Of a stretch of DNA of 51,311 nt, positions 27,811-35,991 are shown piece by piece (position 1 is the stretch's first letter; every line of letters begins with the position of its first letter). The position numbers and the translations under genes are program-made. The notes beneath the pieces were generated by a model. That model ran no database searches and was not told the origin of the DNA. It saw only the letters and a list, made by a program, of their open reading frames with translations. Origin of the DNA: an uncultured Acidimicrobiaceae bacterium (GTDB taxonomy: Bacteria; Actinomycetota; Acidimicrobiia; Acidimicrobiales; Bog-793); assembly GCA_903845085.1 (NCBI GenBank), contig CAIMWD010000039.1, positions 1-51,311 on the forward strand, given 5' to 3'.

Positions 27811-27840
27811 AGCCCCACACAGATCACTCTGTGTGGGGCT
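27811..27840 (-). terminator. cspA terminator hairpin
   Basis: agccccacacag / ctgtgtggggct, a 12-bp stem with loop atcact, 43 nt downstream of the csp stop. Followed on the minus strand by GTTCCAATTTG. Confidence 0.7.
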
Positions 27841-27882
27841 GTTGACACTTTGGTTACGGATTACTCCGTTACGTGAAGTGAA

Positions 27883-28086
27883 CTAACCGATAACGCGAAC
27901 GTTAGCGGCGTTGGGGCCCTTAGCCCCTTGCGTCACTTCGAACTCAACCTTGTCATTTTCGTTCAAGTTGCGGTAGCCGTTGCCTTCGATCGCACTGAAG
28001 TGCACGAAAACATCTGCGCCACCATCTTGTGCAATAAATCCAAACCCTTTATCGGGGTTAAACCACTTCACAGTTCCTGTAGCCAC
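27883..28086 (-). CDS. cspA: cold-shock protein (CspA family)
   Basis: '[32 protein letters not shown]' RNP1/RNP2 motifs. GTG start at 28086 with AGGAGG 8 nt upstream. About 170-nt untranslated leader. Confidence 0.93.
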   Translation of the reverse strand: MATGTVKWFNPDKGFGFIAQDGGADVFVHFSAIEGNGYRNLNENDKVEFEVTQGAKGPNAANVRVIG

Positions 28087-28258
28087 AAACAATCCCTCCT
28101 TTCCTGGCCGTTGCGGGTTTCAAACCCGTCGACCCCCGACGTTCCCGCCGGGAAGGGATGTTGTGCTTGCAAAAACTGCGGTACGTAAACCCCTTCCCTA
28201 CCAGTGTAACCACATCCCCGAGGCACTTGGTAGGCGCACGGTTGCGCGCGCCAACCTT

Positions 28259-30673
28259 TCACCTGCGATCGACCTCTGGTGTCGATTCGATCATCGTGTG
28301 GTCACCTCTTCGATGATGCACCGATAACCACGCTGGCGATGACACCATCGGCACCATGACGGACAGAACTAGGAGCACGAGGGCGATGAGCGCGATCGCG
28401 ATCCCCTCGGTGAGACGGCGAGGCCAGTAGCTCACCGAGAGGTGATGTGTGCCCGCGGGCAACACGACGCCGAACATAACGTGGTTTACGGTGAGCAGCG
28501 TGGCCGGACGCCCATCTACCGTGACATGCCAACCCGGAAGGAAGGTGAGGTGAAAGACAAACTCGCTTACATATGCGCTCTTGGCCACCATCGTCGCAGC
28601 TCCATTGGCGCCGAGCGCGAGCCGTGACACGGAGCCCGTGCGCGGGTTCGCATAGGAGAATGTGGTCGACTCAGGAACGGCGACGAGTCGCTCGCCGGCG
28701 ATCGTGGCCACCGGCACCATGCCGGTCGGCACCGAGAGGCCTGGGGCAACGAGCACATAGGAGATGCCGTAGCGCTGCGCAAGGGGAACGGAGTTGATCG
28801 CCGGCACAAAGAGGCCGACACCCCCGGCCTCAGGCGCGGCACTGGGAAAGGGCCAGGAGGCAAAGTAACTTTTGGGGATCAGTGGGTCATGAATGCTAAA
28901 GAGACGGATCCCATAGCCGATATTCACATTGGGATAGAAGCCGATGTGGCTAAATGCCCGCACGTTCGTCGTGTTGCCGCCATCGAGACCGACGAGTGCT
29001 CCGCCAACGCGCGCGGCGAGTGCCTGTACCGCAGGTGTCGTGGGGAAGACATTCGCGGTGTACGTATAGAGCCCGACACCAGAGAACACGAGGAAACTCG
29101 TCTCTGCGAGCAGGAGAACCCCGGCGACCAGCTGTGCTCTGCGTGGTGTCGGACGTACGAGCGTGACCAGGGCGGCGCCGATGAGAACGACCGAGAGGCC
29201 GAGAGGCCAGATCAGCGCGTGAATCCGCTCGGCGCGCGCGATACCGGAGAGCCGCTCGTGCAACGTGAGTGCCGCGCTCACGGAAACGAGCGCGGCACCG
29301 AGAGTGGCGGACAGGCCAAATCGACGACGTGCACCTGCCGTCTCGAAGCGCACGACGAGATAGTGCAGACCATAGGCACCCAAAATCGCAAGCAGAAAGT
29401 CCACAAACACTCGGATCCGTTCAAAGCGCACAGCGGCCAATGTCGGTGAGGAGTTGAGCAGGCTCTGCAGGGGGTGAAAATCAGCCGGCTGATAGGCGAT
29501 TCCGACCGCAACCACGAGTGCGGTGGTGAGCGCCACGACGATCGGTTCGCGCCAACCTCCCAAGATTGCGAGGAGGGCGAGTACTAAAGCGACGATGCCG
29601 ACGTAGGCAACCGTCTCGTAGTAGTTCCAGTGATGCAGCTGAAAGAGCGTGTCGTTCGAACCAAAGGGAAGTCCATAGAACCCCTGCGAGAAGAGCAGTG
29701 GCATCGATCGCAGCGGCAGTGCGGCATAGTGGCCCTCGCTCGTGCGATGCGCCGCGGCAATCACCTGTAGGCCAGGAAGCCAGAGAGGTGCCGCAAACGC
29801 GATACCCACCGCTGATGCACCCACGAGTCGCACCATGGCGCGAACCGGAAGCCAGCGATCCTGCACCCAGGTGAGGGCGAGATAGACGACCAACACCACC
29901 AAGGCGACGATGCCAAAGAGCACATTGCCCTCCGGAAAACCGCCGTAGATGGAAAATGCCACGGCAACAGCGAGTGCAACGAGGGTCGCCCGCGGACCCT
30001 CGCGTCGCAGAACGAGCAGCGCAAGGCCGAGTATCCATCCGCTCCACGCGGCGACATCGGAGAGTGGCCAGGTCACCCAACTGGCAAAGGCCCCGGAACA
30101 CATGAAGGTCACGCCCGCAAAGAGAGCAGCGGTGGGGCGGAGACGGAGCACGCGCGCGAGGAGGTAGGCGCCAGAGCCGGCGATGAGTAACTTCATCAGC
30201 ACTACGACGGAGAAGGCCGCATTGAGCGGAAAGAGGTAGCTGACCAGATCGGGAAGGCTGAGGACCGAGGATTCAAAGTTGAGGAACTGGGGCATCCCGA
30301 GGCCGGAGTAACTGTTCCAGAGTGGGAACTGACCGTGATGGATCATGCGCCAGTCAAGGGTGTTCCACGCCACCATCTGGCTGACAGCGTCGCCGTTATA
30401 GGGACTATGGATCCCACGGAGCTGGCCGTGGGTAAGTGCGCTGAGCGAGAGATCGAAATCAAAGGGCCCAAAGGCGAAACCATCCTTGAGCGCCGGTGAG
30501 AGGAGCACGAGCGCAACGAGGAGGAGGAGCGCGAGAGCGAGAAGATCGCTGCGACGGCGGTGAACAAAGCGGGCGAGACGGGCGAGGCGGTTCGCCTCGG
30601 TGGGAGCCAACAGCTGCATAGCGCCCCACACTAATGGGATCACCTGCACAAACATGGGGACACCAAACCTCAC
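28259..30673 (-). CDS. large polytopic membrane protein, YfhO-like GT-C glycosyltransferase family
   Basis: About 800 aa with many TM segments. First external loop 'SPYNGDAVSQMVAWNTLDWRMIHHGQFPLWNSYSGLGMP' resembles the YfhO signature (D..Q...... PlWnpy.g.G.P). Start uncertain: GTG 30673, ATG 30655 or ATG 30619. Confidence 0.6.
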   Translation of the reverse strand: MRFGVPMFVQVIPLVWGAMQLLAPTEANRLARLARFVHRRRSDLLALALLLLVALVLLSPALKDGFAFGPFDFDLSLSALTHGQLRGIHSPYNGDAVSQMVAWNTLDWRMIHHGQFPLWNSYSGLGMPQFLNFESSVLSLPDLVSYLFPLNAAFSVVVLMKLLIAGSGAYLLARVLRLRPTAALFAGVTFMCSGAFASWVTWPLSDVAAWSGWILGLALLVLRREGPRATLVALAVAVAFSIYGGFPEGNVLFGIVALVVLVVYLALTWVQDRWLPVRAMVRLVGASAVGIAFAAPLWLPGLQVIAAAHRTSEGHYAALPLRSMPLLFSQGFYGLPFGSNDTLFQLHHWNYYETVAYVGIVALVLALLAILGGWREPIVVALTTALVVAVGIAYQPADFHPLQSLLNSSPTLAAVRFERIRVFVDFLLAILGAYGLHYLVVRFETAGARRRFGLSATLGAALVSVSAALTLHERLSGIARAERIHALIWPLGLSVVLIGAALVTLVRPTPRRAQLVAGVLLLAETSFLVFSGVGLYTYTANVFPTTPAVQALAARVGGALVGLDGGNTTNVRAFSHIGFYPNVNIGYGIRLFSIHDPLIPKSYFASWPFPSAAPEAGGVGLFVPAINSVPLAQRYGISYVLVAPGLSVPTGMVPVATIAGERLVAVPESTTFSYANPRTGSVSRLALGANGAATMVAKSAYVSEFVFHLTFLPGWHVTVDGRPATLLTVNHVMFGVVLPAGTHHLSVSYWPRRLTEGIAIALIALVLLVLSVMVPMVSSPAWLSVHHRRGDHTMIESTPEVDRR

Positions 30674-30749
30674 GGGGAGGGCGGTAGCCTGTTACTTCGT
30701 TCTACTCTCGCAAAAGAGAGACCTTCCAAGAGATCGGTCCCGTCGCCTC

Positions 30750-31403
30750 ATGTCCACCAACACCACGAGCGACGTCGCCGAAGAGTCCCCTGACGCCAAC
30801 GGATCAGAGGAGCTGCCCGGACTCCGTTCGCGGCGGAACCATCCCGCTGCACGCCGGGTCTACGAGTGGGCGCGCATCATCTTGGTCGCAGCGATCCTCG
30901 CTATCGGCGTGCGCTCCTACGCCTTTCAGACCTTCTTTGTCCCCTCGGGATCGATGCTGCCGACGCTGCAGATCGGCGATCGAATCATCGTCAACCGGCT
31001 GCCGTGGGTCCGTGACAACATCCACCGAGACGACATCGTGGTCTTTCGCCGCACTCCAGGCGACACCGATCCCAGCCGCCCGGCTGACCTCGTAAAGCGC
31101 GTCATTGGCCTGCCCGGAGAGACGATTAGCTCCAAGGGTCTCACTATCTACATAAACGGTCGCGCGATGCCCGAACCCTGGCTTCCCAACTTCAACGCGC
31201 AGCCCTCCAACGATCTGTGCTCCCAGAGTGCCTTTGACATCAAGACCACCGTCATTCCCAAGGGCGACTACTTCGTCATGGGTGACTGTCGTGGCAACTC
31301 GCTAGATTCGCGCAGTTGGGGATTTGTCCCCGCCTCCTACATCGTGGGGAAGGTCTTCGTTACCATCTGGCGAAACGGACATCCGTTCCTCCACTGGTAC
31401 TAA
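30750..31403 (+). CDS. lepB: signal peptidase I
   Basis: 'PSGSMLPTLQIGDRIIV' (catalytic Ser), 'LVKRVIGLPGE' (Lys), 'GDCRGNSLDSRSWGFV'. Start at ATG 30750 (MSTNTT...). Confidence 0.9.
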   Translation: MSTNTTSDVAEESPDANGSEELPGLRSRRNHPAARRVYEWARIILVAAILAIGVRSYAFQTFFVPSGSMLPTLQIGDRIIVNRLPWVRDNIHRDDIVVFRRTPGDTDPSRPADLVKRVIGLPGETISSKGLTIYINGRAMPEPWLPNFNAQPSNDLCSQSAFDIKTTVIPKGDYFVMGDCRGNSLDSRSWGFVPASYIVGKVFVTIWRNGHPFLHWY

Positions 31404-31449
31404 GTCCCTGCGGACACTCACTCAGTGGGCGAGCGCTCGACCGCTACCG

Positions 31450-32763
31450 TTAATGAGCAACGATCGCCGGCTCGCGAAGTGCGGCGCGCAAGGCCTCACC
31501 GAATATCCCGAGTGCGATTGCGATCTCCTCGCGCGTGACCGACATCGGCGGAGCGATCCGCAGACAGTTTCCGTGACGGCCACCCTTTCCAACTAAGAGA
31601 CCACGGGCACGTGTCTCCTCGAGAATCCGTGCGGCCGCAGCCGGCGATGGTGTCGTGCCACCGGCCTCGACGAGTTCGATCGCAATCATCAGACCCTTAC
31701 CGCGTACCTCTCCAATCTCCTCATAGGAGGAGGCGATCTCCTGGAGACCCGCGATCAACTCCGTACCACGATCCTCCACGTTCTTTGGGAGATCGTGGGC
31801 GTCGATGTAATCAAGCGTCGCCAGTGCGACACTCGTCACCAGCGGATTGCCACCAAAGGTCGAGATCGAGTTCACCGTGATCGAATCGATGAGCTCCGGC
31901 CGTGCGACAACACCACCGATGGGAAGTCCATTGGCAAGTCCCTTCGCAAAGGTCATCGCATCAGGAACGACGCCGTGATGGGAGATTCCCCAGTAGGGCG
32001 TTCCGGTGCGACCCCATCCGGTCTGTACCTCATCGGAGATGAGGTTGATCCCAAGCGGTGCGGTCACCTCCGCCATCGCGGCAAAGAGACCATCGGGAGG
32101 AACGACAAATCCACCGACGCCCTGCACCGGCTCGATGATGAGCGCGGCGACATCGCCGGTCGTGGTGGTCTCGAGAACATCACGCAGGTCATCGGCGACC
32201 GCTGCAATAAAATCAGCATCGCTCAGTGCCCTAAAGGGAGAGCGGTAGCGGTATCCGCCCTGAACATAACTCACATCGAGTGGATTGAGACCCGATGCAG
32301 ACCAACTTCGCGTTCCCGTCACGCCCATCGCGGTAAAGGAACGACCGTGATAGCTGTTCCGCAGCGCGAGAACCTGATTCGAGGCGCGGGCGATACAGCT
32401 AAAGAGAAGGGCTGCCTCGTTCGCCTCCGTACCCGAGTTCGCGAAGAAGACTTTCGCGTCCTTGATGCCAGAGCGTTGTGCGATGCGCTCAGCAAGTTGG
32501 ATCTGAGATTCGATCAGATAGAGCGTCGAGGTGTGCACCATCTTGCTCATCTGCGCGAGAGCGACCTCGAGGATCTCCGGCAGGTTGTAGCCAATGCTGG
32601 TGGTCAAGATCCCACCAAAAAAGTCAAGGTAGCGCCTGCCATCTGCATCGGTGACGTAGCGCCCGGCTCCATCGACGATCGCGATCGGCTCCTTGTAATA
32701 GAGCGCCATCCAATTCGGCAGCACCTTACGGTGGCGAGCGAGCAGCTCAGCGTGTGTCGTCAT
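31450..32763 (-). CDS. class III (omega-type) PLP aminotransferase
   Basis: 'FANSGTEANEAALL', 'LISDEVQTGWGRTG', 'MTFAKGLANGLPIGG'. ATG 32763 has GAGGAGG 5 nt upstream. Confidence 0.85.
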   Translation of the reverse strand: MTTHAELLARHRKVLPNWMALYYKEPIAIVDGAGRYVTDADGRRYLDFFGGILTTSIGYNLPEILEVALAQMSKMVHTSTLYLIESQIQLAERIAQRSGIKDAKVFFANSGTEANEAALLFSCIARASNQVLALRNSYHGRSFTAMGVTGTRSWSASGLNPLDVSYVQGGYRYRSPFRALSDADFIAAVADDLRDVLETTTTGDVAALIIEPVQGVGGFVVPPDGLFAAMAEVTAPLGINLISDEVQTGWGRTGTPYWGISHHGVVPDAMTFAKGLANGLPIGGVVARPELIDSITVNSISTFGGNPLVTSVALATLDYIDAHDLPKNVEDRGTELIAGLQEIASSYEEIGEVRGKGLMIAIELVEAGGTTPSPAAAARILEETRARGLLVGKGGRHGNCLRIAPPMSVTREEIAIALGIFGEALRAALREPAIVAH

Positions 32764-32855
32764 CGGTTCCTCCTCGATCAATCACTGCACAACGTGGTCC
32801 CCGAGGACCATCCTCGCAGCTTCGAATTACCTACATCCCTGAGGTACCGTATCCA

Positions 32856-33614
32856 CTATCCCGGCAGCATCCGCCAGATCCGCCGAGGAAGGTGGATCAG
32901 CACGTGGAAGAGCCATTGGAGCTTCGCCGGTGACCAGACCACCATCGCCTGGGCCTCGAGTCCACGGAGGATGTCGCCGGCCACCGCCTCAGGAGTCGTT
33001 GCGAGCGGTGCCGCGCTCAGCCCTCGGGTCATCTTTGAATGGACAAATCCAGGGCGCACGATCATCACCGAGACCCCAGATCCGACCAACGCGTCATCGA
33101 GACCCTGTGCGAATCCATCGAGTCCCGCCTTCGCCGATCCGTAGACAAAGTTCGCCTTACGGACGCGCACACCCGCTACCGAGGAGAGCACCACGATGCG
33201 CCCATATCCCTGCTGCGAGAGCAGCTTTGCAAAGGTCGTCATCAGCGCTGCCGGCCCGGTGAAGTTGGTCGCGATGGTCCGCGCAACGATCACATCATCG
33301 ATCACATTCAGATCCGCCTCGCCGAGAAATCCCGCAGCGACGAGTACCAAATCGATCGAGCCAAGGAGTTCGCGCGCGCGCTCGGCAACCTCGGTGCCCG
33401 CGGCGATCTCGGTAACGTCGTGGAGCAGCACCTCAACATTCAGCCCCTCGCCGCGGAGCTCCTCCGCCGCCTCCTCCAACGAGGCTCCGGCTCGGCCGAT
33501 CAGTGCAACGTGCGTAAGGCGACGCCGTGCGAGCGCTCGCATGGTCGAGCAGGCGATCTCCGATCCGCCGCCTATCACTACCGCGGTCTGTGGCATTCCC
33601 GTTACGTCGTTCAC
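32856..33614 (-). CDS. dprE2: decaprenylphospho-D-erythro-pentofuranosid-2-ulose 2-reductase
   Basis: Collinear with M. tuberculosis DprE2 as I recall it: 'PQTAVVIGGGSEI', 'RKANFVYGSAKAGLDGFAQGL', 'VMIVRPGFV', C-terminal 'HLPRRIWRMLP'. Confidence 0.9.
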   Translation of the reverse strand: MNDVTGMPQTAVVIGGGSEIACSTMRALARRRLTHVALIGRAGASLEEAAEELRGEGLNVEVLLHDVTEIAAGTEVAERARELLGSIDLVLVAAGFLGEADLNVIDDVIVARTIATNFTGPAALMTTFAKLLSQQGYGRIVVLSSVAGVRVRKANFVYGSAKAGLDGFAQGLDDALVGSGVSVMIVRPGFVHSKMTRGLSAAPLATTPEAVAGDILRGLEAQAMVVWSPAKLQWLFHVLIHLPRRIWRMLPG

Positions 33615-34999
33615 GTGCGCTTCCTTTGTTCAGCGTGGCCCTTACTTCCAAGGAGATCGATGCGGCGCGAGAGATCCGAGGCGATCCGCCCCTCCGGGTC
33701 GACGCGGCGACAGACGGCTCGAAACTCCTCGAGCCGGGGATACATCTGTCCAACCAGCTCAGGCCGTAGCCGTCCATCCTTGGCGAGATAGATACGCCCT
33801 CCGACCTCCGCAATACGTTCATCGAGATCGTCGAGTGTCTCCGCAAGCTCGGGAGCACCAAGCGGGATATCGAGCGCAAGGGTCCAACCGGGCATCGGAA
33901 AGGAGAGTGGCGAGGGGCCACCGGCGCCGAATCGCTTGAGAACCACCAGCGAGGCGGGTGCTCCGGCACGTTGAAGCGACTCGATCGCCCCACGAACGAG
34001 TGACTCGTGGCCAAAGGGAACCACAAACTGATACTGCGTAAAGCCCTTGGGTCCATAGAGACGGTTCCACGAGCCGAGCATGTCGAGCGGATAGAAGAAG
34101 GTATTCAGGCGCGTTAGCTCTGCCTCGCGTTGGGCTGGGGCGCGTCGGAACCAAAGTTCGTTAAAGGCACGTTGGGTCGTAGGAGTGACCAATGAGCTCG
34201 GTGGTGTGTACGGCACCCTTAAGCGCTGACGCGGATCATAGAGCAGTGGGCTGTGACGGGTGATCTCATTGAGTGCACCTGCCGGTGTGTGGTCGCCACT
34301 GGTGATCACCGAGCGCCCAAGGTGTCGTCCGCGTTGGGTCGCATCCACCCAGGCAACGCTGTAGCGGTAGCGCGAATCCCCGGAGGCGAGCGCTGCCATC
34401 GTGGCCTCGATATCGCCTGTCCGCTCGGTATCGACGCTGATATAAGCGCTCTCAATGGGCATCAGTGAGAGGGTCGCCTCCACGATCACACCGGTCATCC
34501 CCATGCCACCGATCGTTGCGAGAAAGAGATCTGGCTCACTCTCGCGACTGCAATGGTGCTCCCCATCGGGCGCGAGGAGCACAATCTCACGGAGATAGCT
34601 ACCGAGGGAACCCTCGCGGTGGTGATTCTTGCCATGCACATCGGCGGCGATCGCCCCGCCAATGGTGACATAGGCGGTACCGGGGGTCACCGGAATAAAC
34701 CATCCCCGTGGCACGGAGAAGCGCGAGAGCGTGTCCAAAGAGCAGCCCGCCTCACAGCGAACGACACCCGTCGCGGTGTCAAAGTCGATGATCTCCTCGA
34801 GCCCGGTGAGATCGATGACCGCACCACCCGCACACTGTGCCGCATCGCCATAGGCACGACCGAGTCCACGTGCGATGTAGTTGCCCTCACCACCTATAAG
34901 AGAGGTGATCTCCGCTCGCGATGCGACATGATGCAGCGCCGCTCGGGTCGCATTTGCCCGGCCCCATCCGGTGATCGCCGAGGTTGACGCCGCGCTCAC
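33611..34999 (-). CDS. dprE1: decaprenylphosphoryl-beta-D-ribose 2'-oxidase (FAD)
   Basis: 'ITGWGRA', 'ARGLGRAYGD', 'VTIGGAIAADVHGKNHH', 'FYPLDMLGSWNRLYGPKGFTQYQFVVP', 'SFPMPGWTLALDIP', 'GGRIYLAKD' track Mtb DprE1. Confidence 0.92.
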   Translation of the reverse strand: MSAASTSAITGWGRANATRAALHHVASRAEITSLIGGEGNYIARGLGRAYGDAAQCAGGAVIDLTGLEEIIDFDTATGVVRCEAGCSLDTLSRFSVPRGWFIPVTPGTAYVTIGGAIAADVHGKNHHREGSLGSYLREIVLLAPDGEHHCSRESEPDLFLATIGGMGMTGVIVEATLSLMPIESAYISVDTERTGDIEATMAALASGDSRYRYSVAWVDATQRGRHLGRSVITSGDHTPAGALNEITRHSPLLYDPRQRLRVPYTPPSSLVTPTTQRAFNELWFRRAPAQREAELTRLNTFFYPLDMLGSWNRLYGPKGFTQYQFVVPFGHESLVRGAIESLQRAGAPASLVVLKRFGAGGPSPLSFPMPGWTLALDIPLGAPELAETLDDLDERIAEVGGRIYLAKDGRLRPELVGQMYPRLEEFRAVCRRVDPEGRIASDLSRRIDLLGSKGHAEQRKRT

Positions 35000-35991
35000 A
35001 GGTAGATCCCACAGGCCACGAGGCCGATACAGATGACCCCGGCGAGCTGCAGTGGACGGTTCCGGATTGCGAGCGATTCAGGCTCACCACCCTCTCCTCG
35101 ACGCAGCGCCGCCTCCAGGACGAGCAGTCCCGCGATAAAGGGGATGATAGAGATCTTGAAAAAGAGGCTGTCGTCGGTTCCACTCGCAACGTTGATCCGA
35201 GATCCCTGACTAAACGCCCAGAGACCATAGGCAGCGCTGGTGAGGAGCACCAGCGCGATGCGGATCCGTCCGAGGCCCTTGGCGGTGTAATGACGGATGA
35301 CCGAACGGTGTGCAGAACTCGCGTCACCGAGCGTCATCATCTCCGCCGTCCGTTTTCCCGTACCGATGAGCAACGCACCTAGCGAGGTAACGACAAGGAA
35401 CCACGGCGAGATCGAAACATGCACGGCGATACCACCCGCGACAGCGCGAAGCACAAAACCAGAGGCAACGAGCACCAGCTCGAGATAGGGCACCTGTTTC
35501 AGAAAGAGCGAATAGGAGGTAGTCATGACGATGTAACCAAACATCACGAGCGCTAACTGCAGCGAGGCGAGCCACCAAGCAGCACCGATCGAGAGTGCGA
35601 TCGCAAGGACTCCCAGAGTCGCGGCGAATCCGACCGAGAGATCACCTGCCGCGATGGGTCGGAACCGCTTCGTTGGATGCAGTCGGTCACGATCGATGTC
35701 GTTGACATCATTGATGAGGTAGGTGCCCGAGGAGGCAAGGATAAACACACCGCCCGCTGCTGCGGCAAGACCGACATCGCGAGGGTGGCCGAGCGCACCC
35801 GCTGCTGCTGGGGCGAGAAAGACGAGAAGGTTCTTCACCCACTGTTTCGGACGGACCGCACGTAGCAGTGCCTTTGATGTCACTCCGAGTCCTGACGAGC
35901 GGATGCTCGGGGTCTCGATGATCTCACGCACGCCCACGACATCATCGTAGTTGCCACCCTCAGTCCCCCGACCGGCAGGGACCGACCTCAT
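34996..35991 (-). CDS. ubiA: decaprenyl-phosphate 5-phosphoribosyltransferase (UbiA superfamily)
   Basis: 'RPKQWVKNLLVF', 'YLINDVNDIDRDRLHPTKRFRPIAAG' (NDxxDxxxD). Start set at ATG 35991, which forms an ATGA overlap with the upstream stop. Confidence 0.88.
   Translation of the reverse strand: MRSVPAGRGTEGGNYDDVVGVREIIETPSIRSSGLGVTSKALLRAVRPKQWVKNLLVFLAPAAAGALGHPRDVGLAAAAGGVFILASSGTYLINDVNDIDRDRLHPTKRFRPIAAGDLSVGFAATLGVLAIALSIGAAWWLASLQLALVMFGYIVMTTSYSLFLKQVPYLELVLVASGFVLRAVAGGIAVHVSISPWFLVVTSLGALLIGTGKRTAEMMTLGDASSAHRSVIRHYTAKGLGRIRIALVLLTSAAYGLWAFSQGSRINVASGTDDSLFFKISIIPFIAGLLVLEAALRRGEGGEPESLAIRNRPLQLAGVICIGLVACGIYL

Noticed and set aside
26949-27882. Integrated mobile element or prophage remnant at tRNA-Thr.
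   Set aside because: No integrase, excisionase or transposase ORF is present. I found no direct repeat of the tRNA 3' end in the flanking roughly 1 kb. Only a composition dip and one orphan ORF support the idea.
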